This document shows positions 20,742 through 28,649 of a stretch of 45,037 nt of DNA, piece by piece. The stretch covers positions 1 to 45,037 of the forward strand of contig DKMG01000075.1 of assembly GCA_002469975.1 (NCBI GenBank), read 5' to 3'. This DNA is from Proteobacteria bacterium UBA7420. GTDB taxonomy: Bacteria; Pseudomonadota; Gammaproteobacteria; Magnimaribacterales; D2472. Under the pieces are notes generated by a model that worked only from the letters and a program-made list of their open reading frames with translations, was not told the DNA's origin and did no database searches. The position numbers and the translations under genes were made by a program. The first letter of the stretch is position 1. The number at the start of each line of letters is the position of its first letter.

Positions 20742-21195
20742 TTAACTGATACTCCATCATGAGCGCTTCTGCTAAAAGAAACTCTAGCTCATCCTTTAAT
20801 TCTATTAGGGCTGTCATTTCGCTTTGTGGGCTAGCTTCATTTGAAGGTAATTGAACCGATACTGAGACCGATTGGGCGCTCACACCCGAGGAGGTTTGAA
20901 TGCTATATTCCAACTCTCCTAAAACTTCAATTTCTTGTGATCTCACGTAAGCCCCCCCAAAAAAATTTTTCTTTTTAAAGGTTAACTTTGTAATTGTAAG
21001 AAGAGGGTCATCGCTTGATGGGTTGATATCAAAGTATTTGTATGATTTAACCCTAAATGATTGAGGGATTTCCTCTGTAAATTCTAGAGCCTGAACTGAA
21101 ATAGCAGAATTAAAAACAAATTGATGTTGGCACCCAGAAGCTATAATGCTAATTAGGGCTATGGCAACAAGAAAACTCTTTTTATTTAGCGCCAT
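20731..21195 (-). CDS. lptE: LPS assembly lipoprotein LptE (RlpB)
   Basis: Lipoprotein signal MALNKKSFLVAIALISIIASGC (lipobox ASGC). About 154 aa. Position between leuS and holA. Start moved to ATG 21195. Confidence 0.8.
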   Translation of the reverse strand: MALNKKSFLVAIALISIIASGCQHQFVFNSAISVQALEFTEEIPQSFRVKSYKYFDINPSSDDPLLTITKLTFKKKNFFGGAYVRSQEIEVLGELEYSIQTSSGVSAQSVSVSVQLPSNEASPQSEMTALIELKDELEFLLAEALMMEYQLIES

Positions 21196-22306
21196 CAAAG
21201 AAGTCTTCAAAGCCAGATGGGTCGTGCCTGCCAACCACTAAATTTTCTAACATTCCAAAGCCTTCTTCTGAGCCTAGTCTCGCTTTAACAATTTGATGGG
21301 TATGAAAAAAAGTATAGTCACCTGGATCAACTTCAGCTAAATCCCAAACCTCATAGCCTGTTGCGCTTTCACCCTTCCATACACCATGCTTCCATTCATC
21401 GTGTTGATAGCCGATTCCCTTGCAAAAGAATATTGGGCCGATTGTTTCTAGCTCCAGATCAAATTTCTCTTTATTTTTTAGCATGCCAGATATCTTTGCG
21501 CCAGTTGCCCAGCGTGACCCTTGTTTCCAATTTACAGCGTGATGCAGTGAATGAATTGTCTCGACCTCAATCTCAGATGGTGCAGAAGACATATCATCAT
21601 ACAATGGCAACCTATGACCAGATATTTGAGTGGTATTACCATCCCTATCCTCAAATGTTCCAAATTGCGTGCAAAAATCTTTAAAATGGATTGGAGCCCA
21701 GCACCAATATACCCCCGGTTCCTGATTCAACATTCCAGGAGCCCCACCTTCTTGCTCACCAATAGGTCTGACTCCCCATGATCTATCTCTAGTACCGTAA
21801 ATTGCTTTTGGATGTATTGTTCCTGCTTCAGTAGAAATCTCTCCTGTCCATTTACCTAGTTGAGTAAATCTCACCGTGTTCATGATCGTTCTGGTTCCCT
21901 CCATCATAAGGGATCTAGGTTCTTGGTGCGCAACAGAATTAGCAGAAAATTTGAGATGACAGTTTAGTTTGTTGTCAGGATCTTTAAGAGAAAATGTGAG
22001 TTCATTCATGGGCTCATCAATTGTTAAGCTCATGGGACCGACTTTGATTGGCATTCTATTTTGATCTAGGCGCTGGCTTGCATGAAAAGAATATTGCTTG
22101 CCTTCATAAGAGATACTGAAGTGGGCATCAATAACATGTCTATTTGGATATAACCCAATTCCAATTTCAAAAATATACCCAGTTTCTGGATCTAACCCAT
22201 TGAAAAAGTACCTATCATAAAAATTTCTATCTGTTGAGCCGGGAACGGTAACTGGTTCAATTGCCTGATGAATTGGATAGTCGTCAAAGGGAGTTATATA
22301 ATTCAT
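21182..22306 (-). CDS. Hypothetical cytoplasmic protein (374 aa), family not recognised
   Basis: Long intact ORF with no signal peptide or TM segment. Its ATG abuts the leuS stop and its 3' end overlaps the lptE start. Blocks FYDRYFFNG, GTRDRSWGVRP, VYWCWAP and GYQHDEWKHGVWKG. Confidence 0.75.
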   Translation of the reverse strand: MNYITPFDDYPIHQAIEPVTVPGSTDRNFYDRYFFNGLDPETGYIFEIGIGLYPNRHVIDAHFSISYEGKQYSFHASQRLDQNRMPIKVGPMSLTIDEPMNELTFSLKDPDNKLNCHLKFSANSVAHQEPRSLMMEGTRTIMNTVRFTQLGKWTGEISTEAGTIHPKAIYGTRDRSWGVRPIGEQEGGAPGMLNQEPGVYWCWAPIHFKDFCTQFGTFEDRDGNTTQISGHRLPLYDDMSSAPSEIEVETIHSLHHAVNWKQGSRWATGAKISGMLKNKEKFDLELETIGPIFFCKGIGYQHDEWKHGVWKGESATGYEVWDLAEVDPGDYTFFHTHQIVKARLGSEEGFGMLENLVVGRHDPSGFEDFFDGAK

Positions 22307-24868
22307 TTAAATCACAAAGTTAATTAATTTTTCTTTGATATAGATTACCTTTTTTATTACAGCATTTGCTAGTATTTTTTGTACATTTTCATTTTGCATT
22401 GCGATCTTCTCTATTGCCTTCTCGCTCAGTTCAATGGAAGCATTCTCCTTTCCTCTTACTTTGCCATTCACTTGAATAATTAATTGGAAATTCTCGACCC
22501 GCAAAAATTCTTCTTCTACTACTGGCCAGCTTAACTCGAAGTCTTGCCCATCAGAGCCAGAATATTTTTGCCATATATGGAGAGTGATATGGGGCGTTAT
22601 AGGCGAAAGCATTTTTAAAGTAAATTGAATAGTTTCATCTAAGCAATACTTTTGACTTTGCGTTGCAGTTTCAAGTTTAAATGATTCTGGAATTGCATTA
22701 AGTAGCTCCATGACTCCAGCAATAGCAGTGTTAAATGATTGCCTGCGTTCGTAATCATCAGTTACTTTTTGTAGTGTTTTATGGCTTTTTTGTCTTAAAG
22801 CTAATTCTTCGTCTGTGAAGTTAGATGGCTCTTCTTCTTTGTAAATGGACCGTCCGATTGTAAGGCTCCATAATTTTTTTAAGAATCTAGAAGATCCTTC
22901 GATTGCAGTATCAGACCACTCTAGTGATTGTTCCGGGGGAGATGTGAACATCATGTATAGCCTAACCGTATCCGCACCATACCTATCAATCATGGTGTTC
23001 GGATCAACCCCATTAAGCTTGGATTTACTCATTTTTGACATTCCATCTTTCATCACAGCCCGGCCATCTGCCAATGAAAACTGACCATCTTTTTCTGATA
23101 CAAGCTCCTTATTAACCCACTGAGGATTTGATTGTCCATCCAGGGAATAATAAGCGTCAGCCAAAACCATGCCTTGAGTTAAAAGTTTTTGGAAAGGCTC
23201 TGAGGATTGAATAAGTTTTTGGTCTCTAAGCAGTAGGTTAAAAAATCTAGCGTACAGCAAATGTAAAATTGCATGCTCAATTCCGCCAATATAATGATCA
23301 ACCGGCAGCCAGTAATCTGCCTCTGAGTCGAGCATGCTGTTTATTGGCTGAGATGCAAATCTTGCTGCGTACCAAGAGCTTTCAAAAAAGGTATCAAAGG
23401 TATCCGTTTCTCTTAGAGCCGGTTGAGAGCATGTTGGGCAAGTGGTTTTTTGCCAGTCAGTGAAGCCACTTAGGCTGAGGCCTTTAGAGGTAATTTCATT
23501 AATCTCTGGGAGCTCGACAGGCAAGTCCTCAACTGGAACGGGTACATTGCCACAATCTTTGCAGTGAACCATTGGAATAGGGCAGCCCCAGTATCGCTGT
23601 CTAGAAATTCCCCAATCTCTCAGTCGATAATTGGTTTGAATCTTTGCATCACAAGAGATAACAAGATCAGCAGAAATTTTTTCAAATGCCGCTTCAGAGG
23701 TCAGCCCGTCATATTGCATCGAATTAATTAAAACGCCTTTTTCCTGGATAGCTTGATCTGCAATAGTTAGAGGAGGCTCAGTTTGAATCACCTGTAAAAT
23801 TGGCAGTTGATATTTTTGAGCAAACTCATAGTCTCTTTGATCATGACCCGGCACACACATAACAGCGCCAGTTCCATATTCCATTAGAACAAAATTGGCT
23901 ATCCAGATGGGTAGCTCTGCTTGAGTGATTGGGTGAATCGCTTTTAACCCAGTATCTACGCCACTTTTTTCTTGTTTAGCAATAGTAGCTTCAGTCTTTT
24001 TAACACTTTGAGTGGCCTCAATAAATGATTTAATCTCAGGATTACCTTCTTTTAAAGCAATTGCGAGAGGGTGGTCTGCTGCAATGGCGCAATATGTGGT
24101 ACCAAATAGAGTATCCGGTCTTGTCGTGAATACCTCTAATGTTTCATCTATACCTTTAATAGAGAAATGAAAACCCAGCCCGCTAGATTTACCAATCCAA
24201 TTTTTCTGCATGAGCTTTACTTGACTGGGCCAGTCATCTAGCAGCTCAAGTCCAGCAAGAAGCTCATCTGCATAATGGGTAATTTTGAGGAAATATTGAT
24301 TAATTTTTTTACGCTCTATCAAGGCTCCTGATCGCCAGCCCTTGCCATCAATAACCTGTTCATTTGCAAGAACAGTTTGATCTACTGGATCCCAGTTTAC
24401 TTCTGCTTCCTTTCGCTCTACTAAACCAGCTTCTAGCAACTGAATAAAAAACCATTGCTCCCAGTGAAAGTAATCTGGAGAAGATGTATTGATTTCTCTG
24501 CTCCAGTCATAACTTAATCCCAGGGCATCTAGCTGGATTTTCATGCTAGCTATGTTTTCATTTGTCCATTTTTTTGGGGAGACATTATTCTCTATCGCAG
24601 CATTCTCTGCAGGCAATCCAAAAGCATCCCACCCCATTGGTTGAAGTACATTGAAACCCTGCATTCTTTTAAATCGGGAGATGACATCTCCTATGGTGTA
24701 GTTTCTAACATGCCCCATGTGTAACTTTCCCGAAGGGTAAGGAAACATTGAGAGGCAATAAAACTTTTTCTTAGTTAAAGATTTTTTTGCTTCATAAGCA
24801 TGACTTTCTTTCCAGGATTTCTGTATTTCAGCTTCAATTGAAGCAGGGGTGTATTCCTGGTTGCTCAC
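22307..24868 (-). CDS. leuS: Leucyl-tRNA synthetase
   Basis: Motifs FPYPSGKLHMGHVRNY (HIGH) and KMSKSK (KMSKS). 853 aa. GTG start overlaps the accC stop (GTGA). Confidence 0.95.
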   Translation of the reverse strand: MSNQEYTPASIEAEIQKSWKESHAYEAKKSLTKKKFYCLSMFPYPSGKLHMGHVRNYTIGDVISRFKRMQGFNVLQPMGWDAFGLPAENAAIENNVSPKKWTNENIASMKIQLDALGLSYDWSREINTSSPDYFHWEQWFFIQLLEAGLVERKEAEVNWDPVDQTVLANEQVIDGKGWRSGALIERKKINQYFLKITHYADELLAGLELLDDWPSQVKLMQKNWIGKSSGLGFHFSIKGIDETLEVFTTRPDTLFGTTYCAIAADHPLAIALKEGNPEIKSFIEATQSVKKTEATIAKQEKSGVDTGLKAIHPITQAELPIWIANFVLMEYGTGAVMCVPGHDQRDYEFAQKYQLPILQVIQTEPPLTIADQAIQEKGVLINSMQYDGLTSEAAFEKISADLVISCDAKIQTNYRLRDWGISRQRYWGCPIPMVHCKDCGNVPVPVEDLPVELPEINEITSKGLSLSGFTDWQKTTCPTCSQPALRETDTFDTFFESSWYAARFASQPINSMLDSEADYWLPVDHYIGGIEHAILHLLYARFFNLLLRDQKLIQSSEPFQKLLTQGMVLADAYYSLDGQSNPQWVNKELVSEKDGQFSLADGRAVMKDGMSKMSKSKLNGVDPNTMIDRYGADTVRLYMMFTSPPEQSLEWSDTAIEGSSRFLKKLWSLTIGRSIYKEEEPSNFTDEELALRQKSHKTLQKVTDDYERRQSFNTAIAGVMELLNAIPESFKLETATQSQKYCLDETIQFTLKMLSPITPHITLHIWQKYSGSDGQDFELSWPVVEEEFLRVENFQLIIQVNGKVRGKENASIELSEKAIEKIAMQNENVQKILANAVIKKVIYIKEKLINFVI

Positions 24869-26208
24869 GATGACAGGAAAACCTCTTCTAAGTAGTTAAT
24901 GTCATGCTTGTTACTACAAAAAGTTTGATCTTTCAGTAATTTTTGATGCAAGGAGTGATTGGTCTGGATGCCATCCACAAAGAATTCATCTAGTGCGCTT
25001 ACCATACGTTTGATGCAGGATTCTCTTGTATTTGCAGTAGTAATAATTTTTGCTAATAGGGAATCATAGTGAGGAGGAACAACATAACCAGAGTAGATGT
25101 GTGAATCAAATCGTACCCCAAAGCCACCAGGCGGGTGCATTTTGCTGATAAGCCCTGGCGAGGGAACAAAAGTCTCAGGATCCTCTGCATTAATTCTACA
25201 TTCCATTGCATGACCTCTAAAAATAATTTCATTTTGGTCAAGCGTCATACCCATGTTGAGGGCGATCTTCAGTTGAGCCTTTACCAAATCAAAACCAGTG
25301 ATCATTTCGGAGACAGGATGCTCGACCTGAATTCTTGTATTCATTTCTATGAAATAGAATTGATTGTTCTCATAAAGAAACTCAATAGTGCCAACCCCTG
25401 AGTAAGAAATACTTTTACATAGTTGCAAGCAAGCATTCAATGTTATTTCTAGCGCCTCAGCATTTACGTCTTGTGCTGGCGCCTCCTCGATTACTTTTTG
25501 GTGTCTACGCTGCATACTGCAGTCTCTTGTACCAAGATGAATTGCATGTCCCTTGCCATCTGCCACAATTTGAATTTCTATGTGACGAGGGTTTTGAATA
25601 AATTTTTCTAAGTACAGGGTGTCATTTCCAAATGCATTTTTGGCTTCTTGCTGGGTCAAGTTAATAGATGAAACTAACTCAGCTTCTTCTCGCACTACTC
25701 GCATGCCTCTTCCTCCGCCACCAGCTGATGCCTTGATCATGATTGGGTAGCCAACATCACTGGCAATTTTTTTCAGAGCAATTTCATCTTTTGGAAGTAT
25801 CCCGCGATAGCCCGGAACAATAGGGATGCCTGATTGCTCCGCAAGATCTTTGGCAGTAATTTTATCTCCCATCTGCCTAATAACAGATGAAGACGGCCCT
25901 ATAAAGACAAAGCCACTTGCCTCACATTTTTCTGCAAAATCTGCATCTTCTGCAAGAAATCCATACCCAGGATAGATTGCATCTGCTCTGGTAACCTCCG
26001 CAGCAGAAAGAATTGCTGGAATATTTAGATAGCTTTTTAAAGGGCTGGCTGGCCCCACGCAGACTGTCTCATCAGCCAAACGCAGATGTTTCAATTCTTT
26101 ATCACCGGTTGAGTATATTGCAACAGTCTTAAGGTCTAGTTCCTTGCAAGCTCGCAAGGCGCGCAAAGCAATTTCTCCTCGATTGGCTATTAGAACTTTG
26201 CGAGTCAT
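24865..26208 (-). CDS. accC: Acetyl-CoA carboxylase, biotin carboxylase subunit
   Basis: KVLIANRGEIALR, ATP-grasp GGGGRGMRVV and EMNTRIQVEHPV. 447 aa. Confidence 0.95.
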   Translation of the reverse strand: MTRKVLIANRGEIALRALRACKELDLKTVAIYSTGDKELKHLRLADETVCVGPASPLKSYLNIPAILSAAEVTRADAIYPGYGFLAEDADFAEKCEASGFVFIGPSSSVIRQMGDKITAKDLAEQSGIPIVPGYRGILPKDEIALKKIASDVGYPIMIKASAGGGGRGMRVVREEAELVSSINLTQQEAKNAFGNDTLYLEKFIQNPRHIEIQIVADGKGHAIHLGTRDCSMQRRHQKVIEEAPAQDVNAEALEITLNACLQLCKSISYSGVGTIEFLYENNQFYFIEMNTRIQVEHPVSEMITGFDLVKAQLKIALNMGMTLDQNEIIFRGHAMECRINAEDPETFVPSPGLISKMHPPGGFGVRFDSHIYSGYVVPPHYDSLLAKIITTANTRESCIKRMVSALDEFFVDGIQTNHSLHQKLLKDQTFCSNKHDINYLEEVFLSS

Positions 26209-26648
26209 TACTCTACTATGATTAGAGGCTGATCAAATTCTACGGGCTCACCATCTGCTATTTTTATCATAGAAACAGTGCCGGTGAATTCAGATTTAAT
26301 CTCATTCATCATTTTCATTGCTTCAACAATGCACACAACATCTCCGGCTTGAACGCGGTCACCAACTTCAACAAAAGCAGGTTTATCAGGGGCTGGTTTC
26401 CTATAAAAAGTTCCAACTATTGGAGATTTAATTGATGAACCAGATTCAACAATAGCTTCCAATGGATTAGGCGTGGTGTTGAGAGCCACATTACTTGACT
26501 CAGAAGAAACAAGCATGTGATTTGCTGAAGTCATTCCTTGGCCACCTCTAGCAATGCGCACAGATTCTTCACCTTCTTTGACTTCGATTTCTACTAGGTC
26601 AGACTCTTGAAGCATCTCAATTAATTTTTTTATTTTTCTTATGTCCAT
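26208..26648 (-). CDS. accB: Acetyl-CoA carboxylase, biotin carboxyl carrier protein
   Basis: Biotinylation motif EAMKMMNEI. 146 aa. Upstream of accC. Confidence 0.95.
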   Translation of the reverse strand: MDIRKIKKLIEMLQESDLVEIEVKEGEESVRIARGGQGMTSANHMLVSSESSNVALNTTPNPLEAIVESGSSIKSPIVGTFYRKPAPDKPAFVEVGDRVQAGDVVCIVEAMKMMNEIKSEFTGTVSMIKIADGEPVEFDQPLIIVE

Positions 26649-26650
26649 CT

Positions 26651-27085
26651 TTAATCCTGCTTTTTATTAATAATATGATCCATTGCCAATGCATAGCCTT
26701 GAGCCCCTAATCCACAAATGACTCCAATCGCAATATCTGAGAAATATGATTTTTGTCTAAACTCCTCTCTTGCAAAAATATTGGAAATATGGACTTCGTA
26801 AAAAGAAATTCCCACTCCTAACAGCGCATCTCGAATAGCGATACTCGTATGGGTTAAGGCGCCGGGATTCATAATAATAAAGTTCACATCATTCATAGCT
26901 TCTTGAATTTTTGAGACAATCTCATGCTCAGCATTACTTTGAAAGGTATCTAATGCAATATTATGAGATTGAGCCTTTGCCTTTAATCCGGCATCAATTT
27001 CATCGAGCGTTGTGGAGCCGTACACATCTGGCTCTCTGCTTCCAAGTAGATTGAGGTTTGGACCATGGATTACTAGTATTTTCAT
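26651..27085 (-). CDS. aroQ: Type II 3-dehydroquinate dehydratase
   Basis: MKILVIHGPNLNLLGSREP..YG, NPGALTHTSIAIRDA, HISNI..RE.FR. Start moved to ATG 27085, since the track extension is not conserved-looking. Confidence 0.92.
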   Translation of the reverse strand: MKILVIHGPNLNLLGSREPDVYGSTTLDEIDAGLKAKAQSHNIALDTFQSNAEHEIVSKIQEAMNDVNFIIMNPGALTHTSIAIRDALLGVGISFYEVHISNIFAREEFRQKSYFSDIAIGVICGLGAQGYALAMDHIINKKQD

Positions 27086-27126
27086 TTTAAGCGATTTTAT
27101 ATACTTTTTTAAGAATATAAAGGATT

Positions 27127-27546
27127 TTATATAGTTTTTAGCTGTCTTGGATAGCAATATTTTCCTTCTGCGCAACCTTGATAGGAAATTTTAATGACAG
27201 CGGTGCTAATATTGTATTCTTCGAGAGTGACCTGAAGAGCAATTGTGTTCTTTAAAACAAGTGACTTACCAAAAAACTCATCCACAATCATCGCCTCATC
27301 TTCAACCGAGGTAAATGTATATGCCAAGGGATTGTCATTCACAAAAACTTTGATTGAGTCTTTGTATAAATAATGATTAGGAGCAATCTGCCAAGATACA
27401 TGAATTGTATTATTCAATTTAAAGCTACTGAACACAAATGCATCTTCAGCTTTTAAAATAGTTTCCTGGTTATTAAATTGACTTTGAGCATCAACAGCAC
27501 AGACTATCAAGATAACTGAGTATATTAAGTTGCGAAGAATTTTCAT
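27127..27546 (-). CDS. Stand-alone DsbD N-terminal (alpha) domain protein, periplasmic
   Basis: Signal peptide MKILRNLIYSVILIVCAVDA. Collinear with the recalled E. coli DsbD alpha domain (AEDAFVF, VSWQIAPNHYLYK, DEFFGKS cap-loop region, ISYQGCAEGKYCYP with the C-x5-C pair). Stop falls right at the domain boundary. Confidence 0.8.
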   Translation of the reverse strand: MKILRNLIYSVILIVCAVDAQSQFNNQETILKAEDAFVFSSFKLNNTIHVSWQIAPNHYLYKDSIKVFVNDNPLAYTFTSVEDEAMIVDEFFGKSLVLKNTIALQVTLEEYNISTAVIKISYQGCAEGKYCYPRQLKTI

Positions 27547-27629
27547 GACCTCCATAGTATAAAATAGATGTGATAATGCCAATCAAAAAGATTCCATTTA
27601 TTATTTAAAGTAATAGATTAATTATAATT

Positions 27630-28649
27630 ATGATGACAAGTTTAATTTTAAAGATATTTTTTCTAGCCCCAAGCTGGTTGCTCAAACTCTTGACCTGGAA
27701 AAAAAATATTTTTATTAATGGCCAGATATTAGATTTCCAAACACAAATCTTTTTAGCCCTGCAATCACTTCAAGGGAATGTATTCGAATCTATTGAATCT
27801 GCATCTGAGCTCAGAAAAACTCTTAATCAGGAAAGAGGAGACTTGCCCCTCAATGCTTCTTCTTTATCGCCGGTGCATTCTTTAAACCATATTATTTCTG
27901 GTGATGGCTATGAAATAACCGTCAGGGAATACCTTCCAGACAACCGCACAAATAATTCTCCAATTCTCTATTTTCATGGAGGAGGCTACGTTCTTGGAGG
28001 CATTGATTCTTCCCATGAGTGGGTTAATCTTTTTTCATCCTGCATGCAATCCAATGTTTTTTCTCTTGAATACAGACTCTCTCCAGAGAATAAGTTTCCA
28101 GCAGCACTGGAAGACGCTAACTTGGCACTTGAGTGGATTGCCTCAACTTATAGTCTCCCAATCTCATCCATTGGGCTATGCGGGGACAGTGCAGGCGCAC
28201 ATTTAGCTGCGTCTTTATCCACATATAGATCGATGAACAATTTAGAGCTCCCTCATTCTCAATGCCTGATCTACCCTATGATAGATCCAGCATGCTCCTC
28301 TCAGTCGCACAAGGATTTTTCCACTGGCTACTTTCTTACTCACGAGGTTATGCTTTGGTTTTGGGAGCAACTGCAACAATCTTCAGGAAATTTATTAAAT
28401 CCATGCTTCAACCTGCTGCAAGATAATCAATCCCCCTTGCCAAAAACTTTAATTATTACAGCTGGCTTTGACCCGTTATGCATTGAGGGGGAGGATTATG
28501 CTAGAAAAATTCATGCCGCTGGAAATGATGTAGCGCAGATACATTATCCCCATCTTATTCATGGTTTTGTTAATATGACTGCATTAAGAGAGGCCAAAAA
28601 AGCTGCAATCGATCTAAGTAATACATATAGATCTTATTTTAAAATATGA
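27630..28649 (+). CDS. Alpha/beta hydrolase, hormone-sensitive-lipase (family IV) esterase
   Basis: Oxyanion HGGGY, nucleophile elbow GDSAGA, and downstream DPL and HGF (catalytic Asp/His). 339 aa. Confidence 0.85.
   Translation: MMTSLILKIFFLAPSWLLKLLTWKKNIFINGQILDFQTQIFLALQSLQGNVFESIESASELRKTLNQERGDLPLNASSLSPVHSLNHIISGDGYEITVREYLPDNRTNNSPILYFHGGGYVLGGIDSSHEWVNLFSSCMQSNVFSLEYRLSPENKFPAALEDANLALEWIASTYSLPISSIGLCGDSAGAHLAASLSTYRSMNNLELPHSQCLIYPMIDPACSSQSHKDFSTGYFLTHEVMLWFWEQLQQSSGNLLNPCFNLLQDNQSPLPKTLIITAGFDPLCIEGEDYARKIHAAGNDVAQIHYPHLIHGFVNMTALREAKKAAIDLSNTYRSYFKI

Noticed and set aside
21182-22306. Horizontal-transfer origin of the 374-aa ORF, based on composition.
   Set aside because: Hand GC counts on a few lines are only slightly above those of leuS and lptE. 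There are no flanking repeats, tRNA or integrase, and the gene overlaps its neighbours. The evidence is insufficient to call it an island.
27086-27126. The possibility that the short dsbD-like gene is a frameshifted pseudogene with beta/gamma-domain remnants downstream.
   Set aside because: Only 41 nt separate it from aroQ, so no remnant coding sequence exists. The signal peptide, Cys pair and cap-loop block are all intact. I therefore call it a clean domain-boundary truncation rather than a decaying gene.
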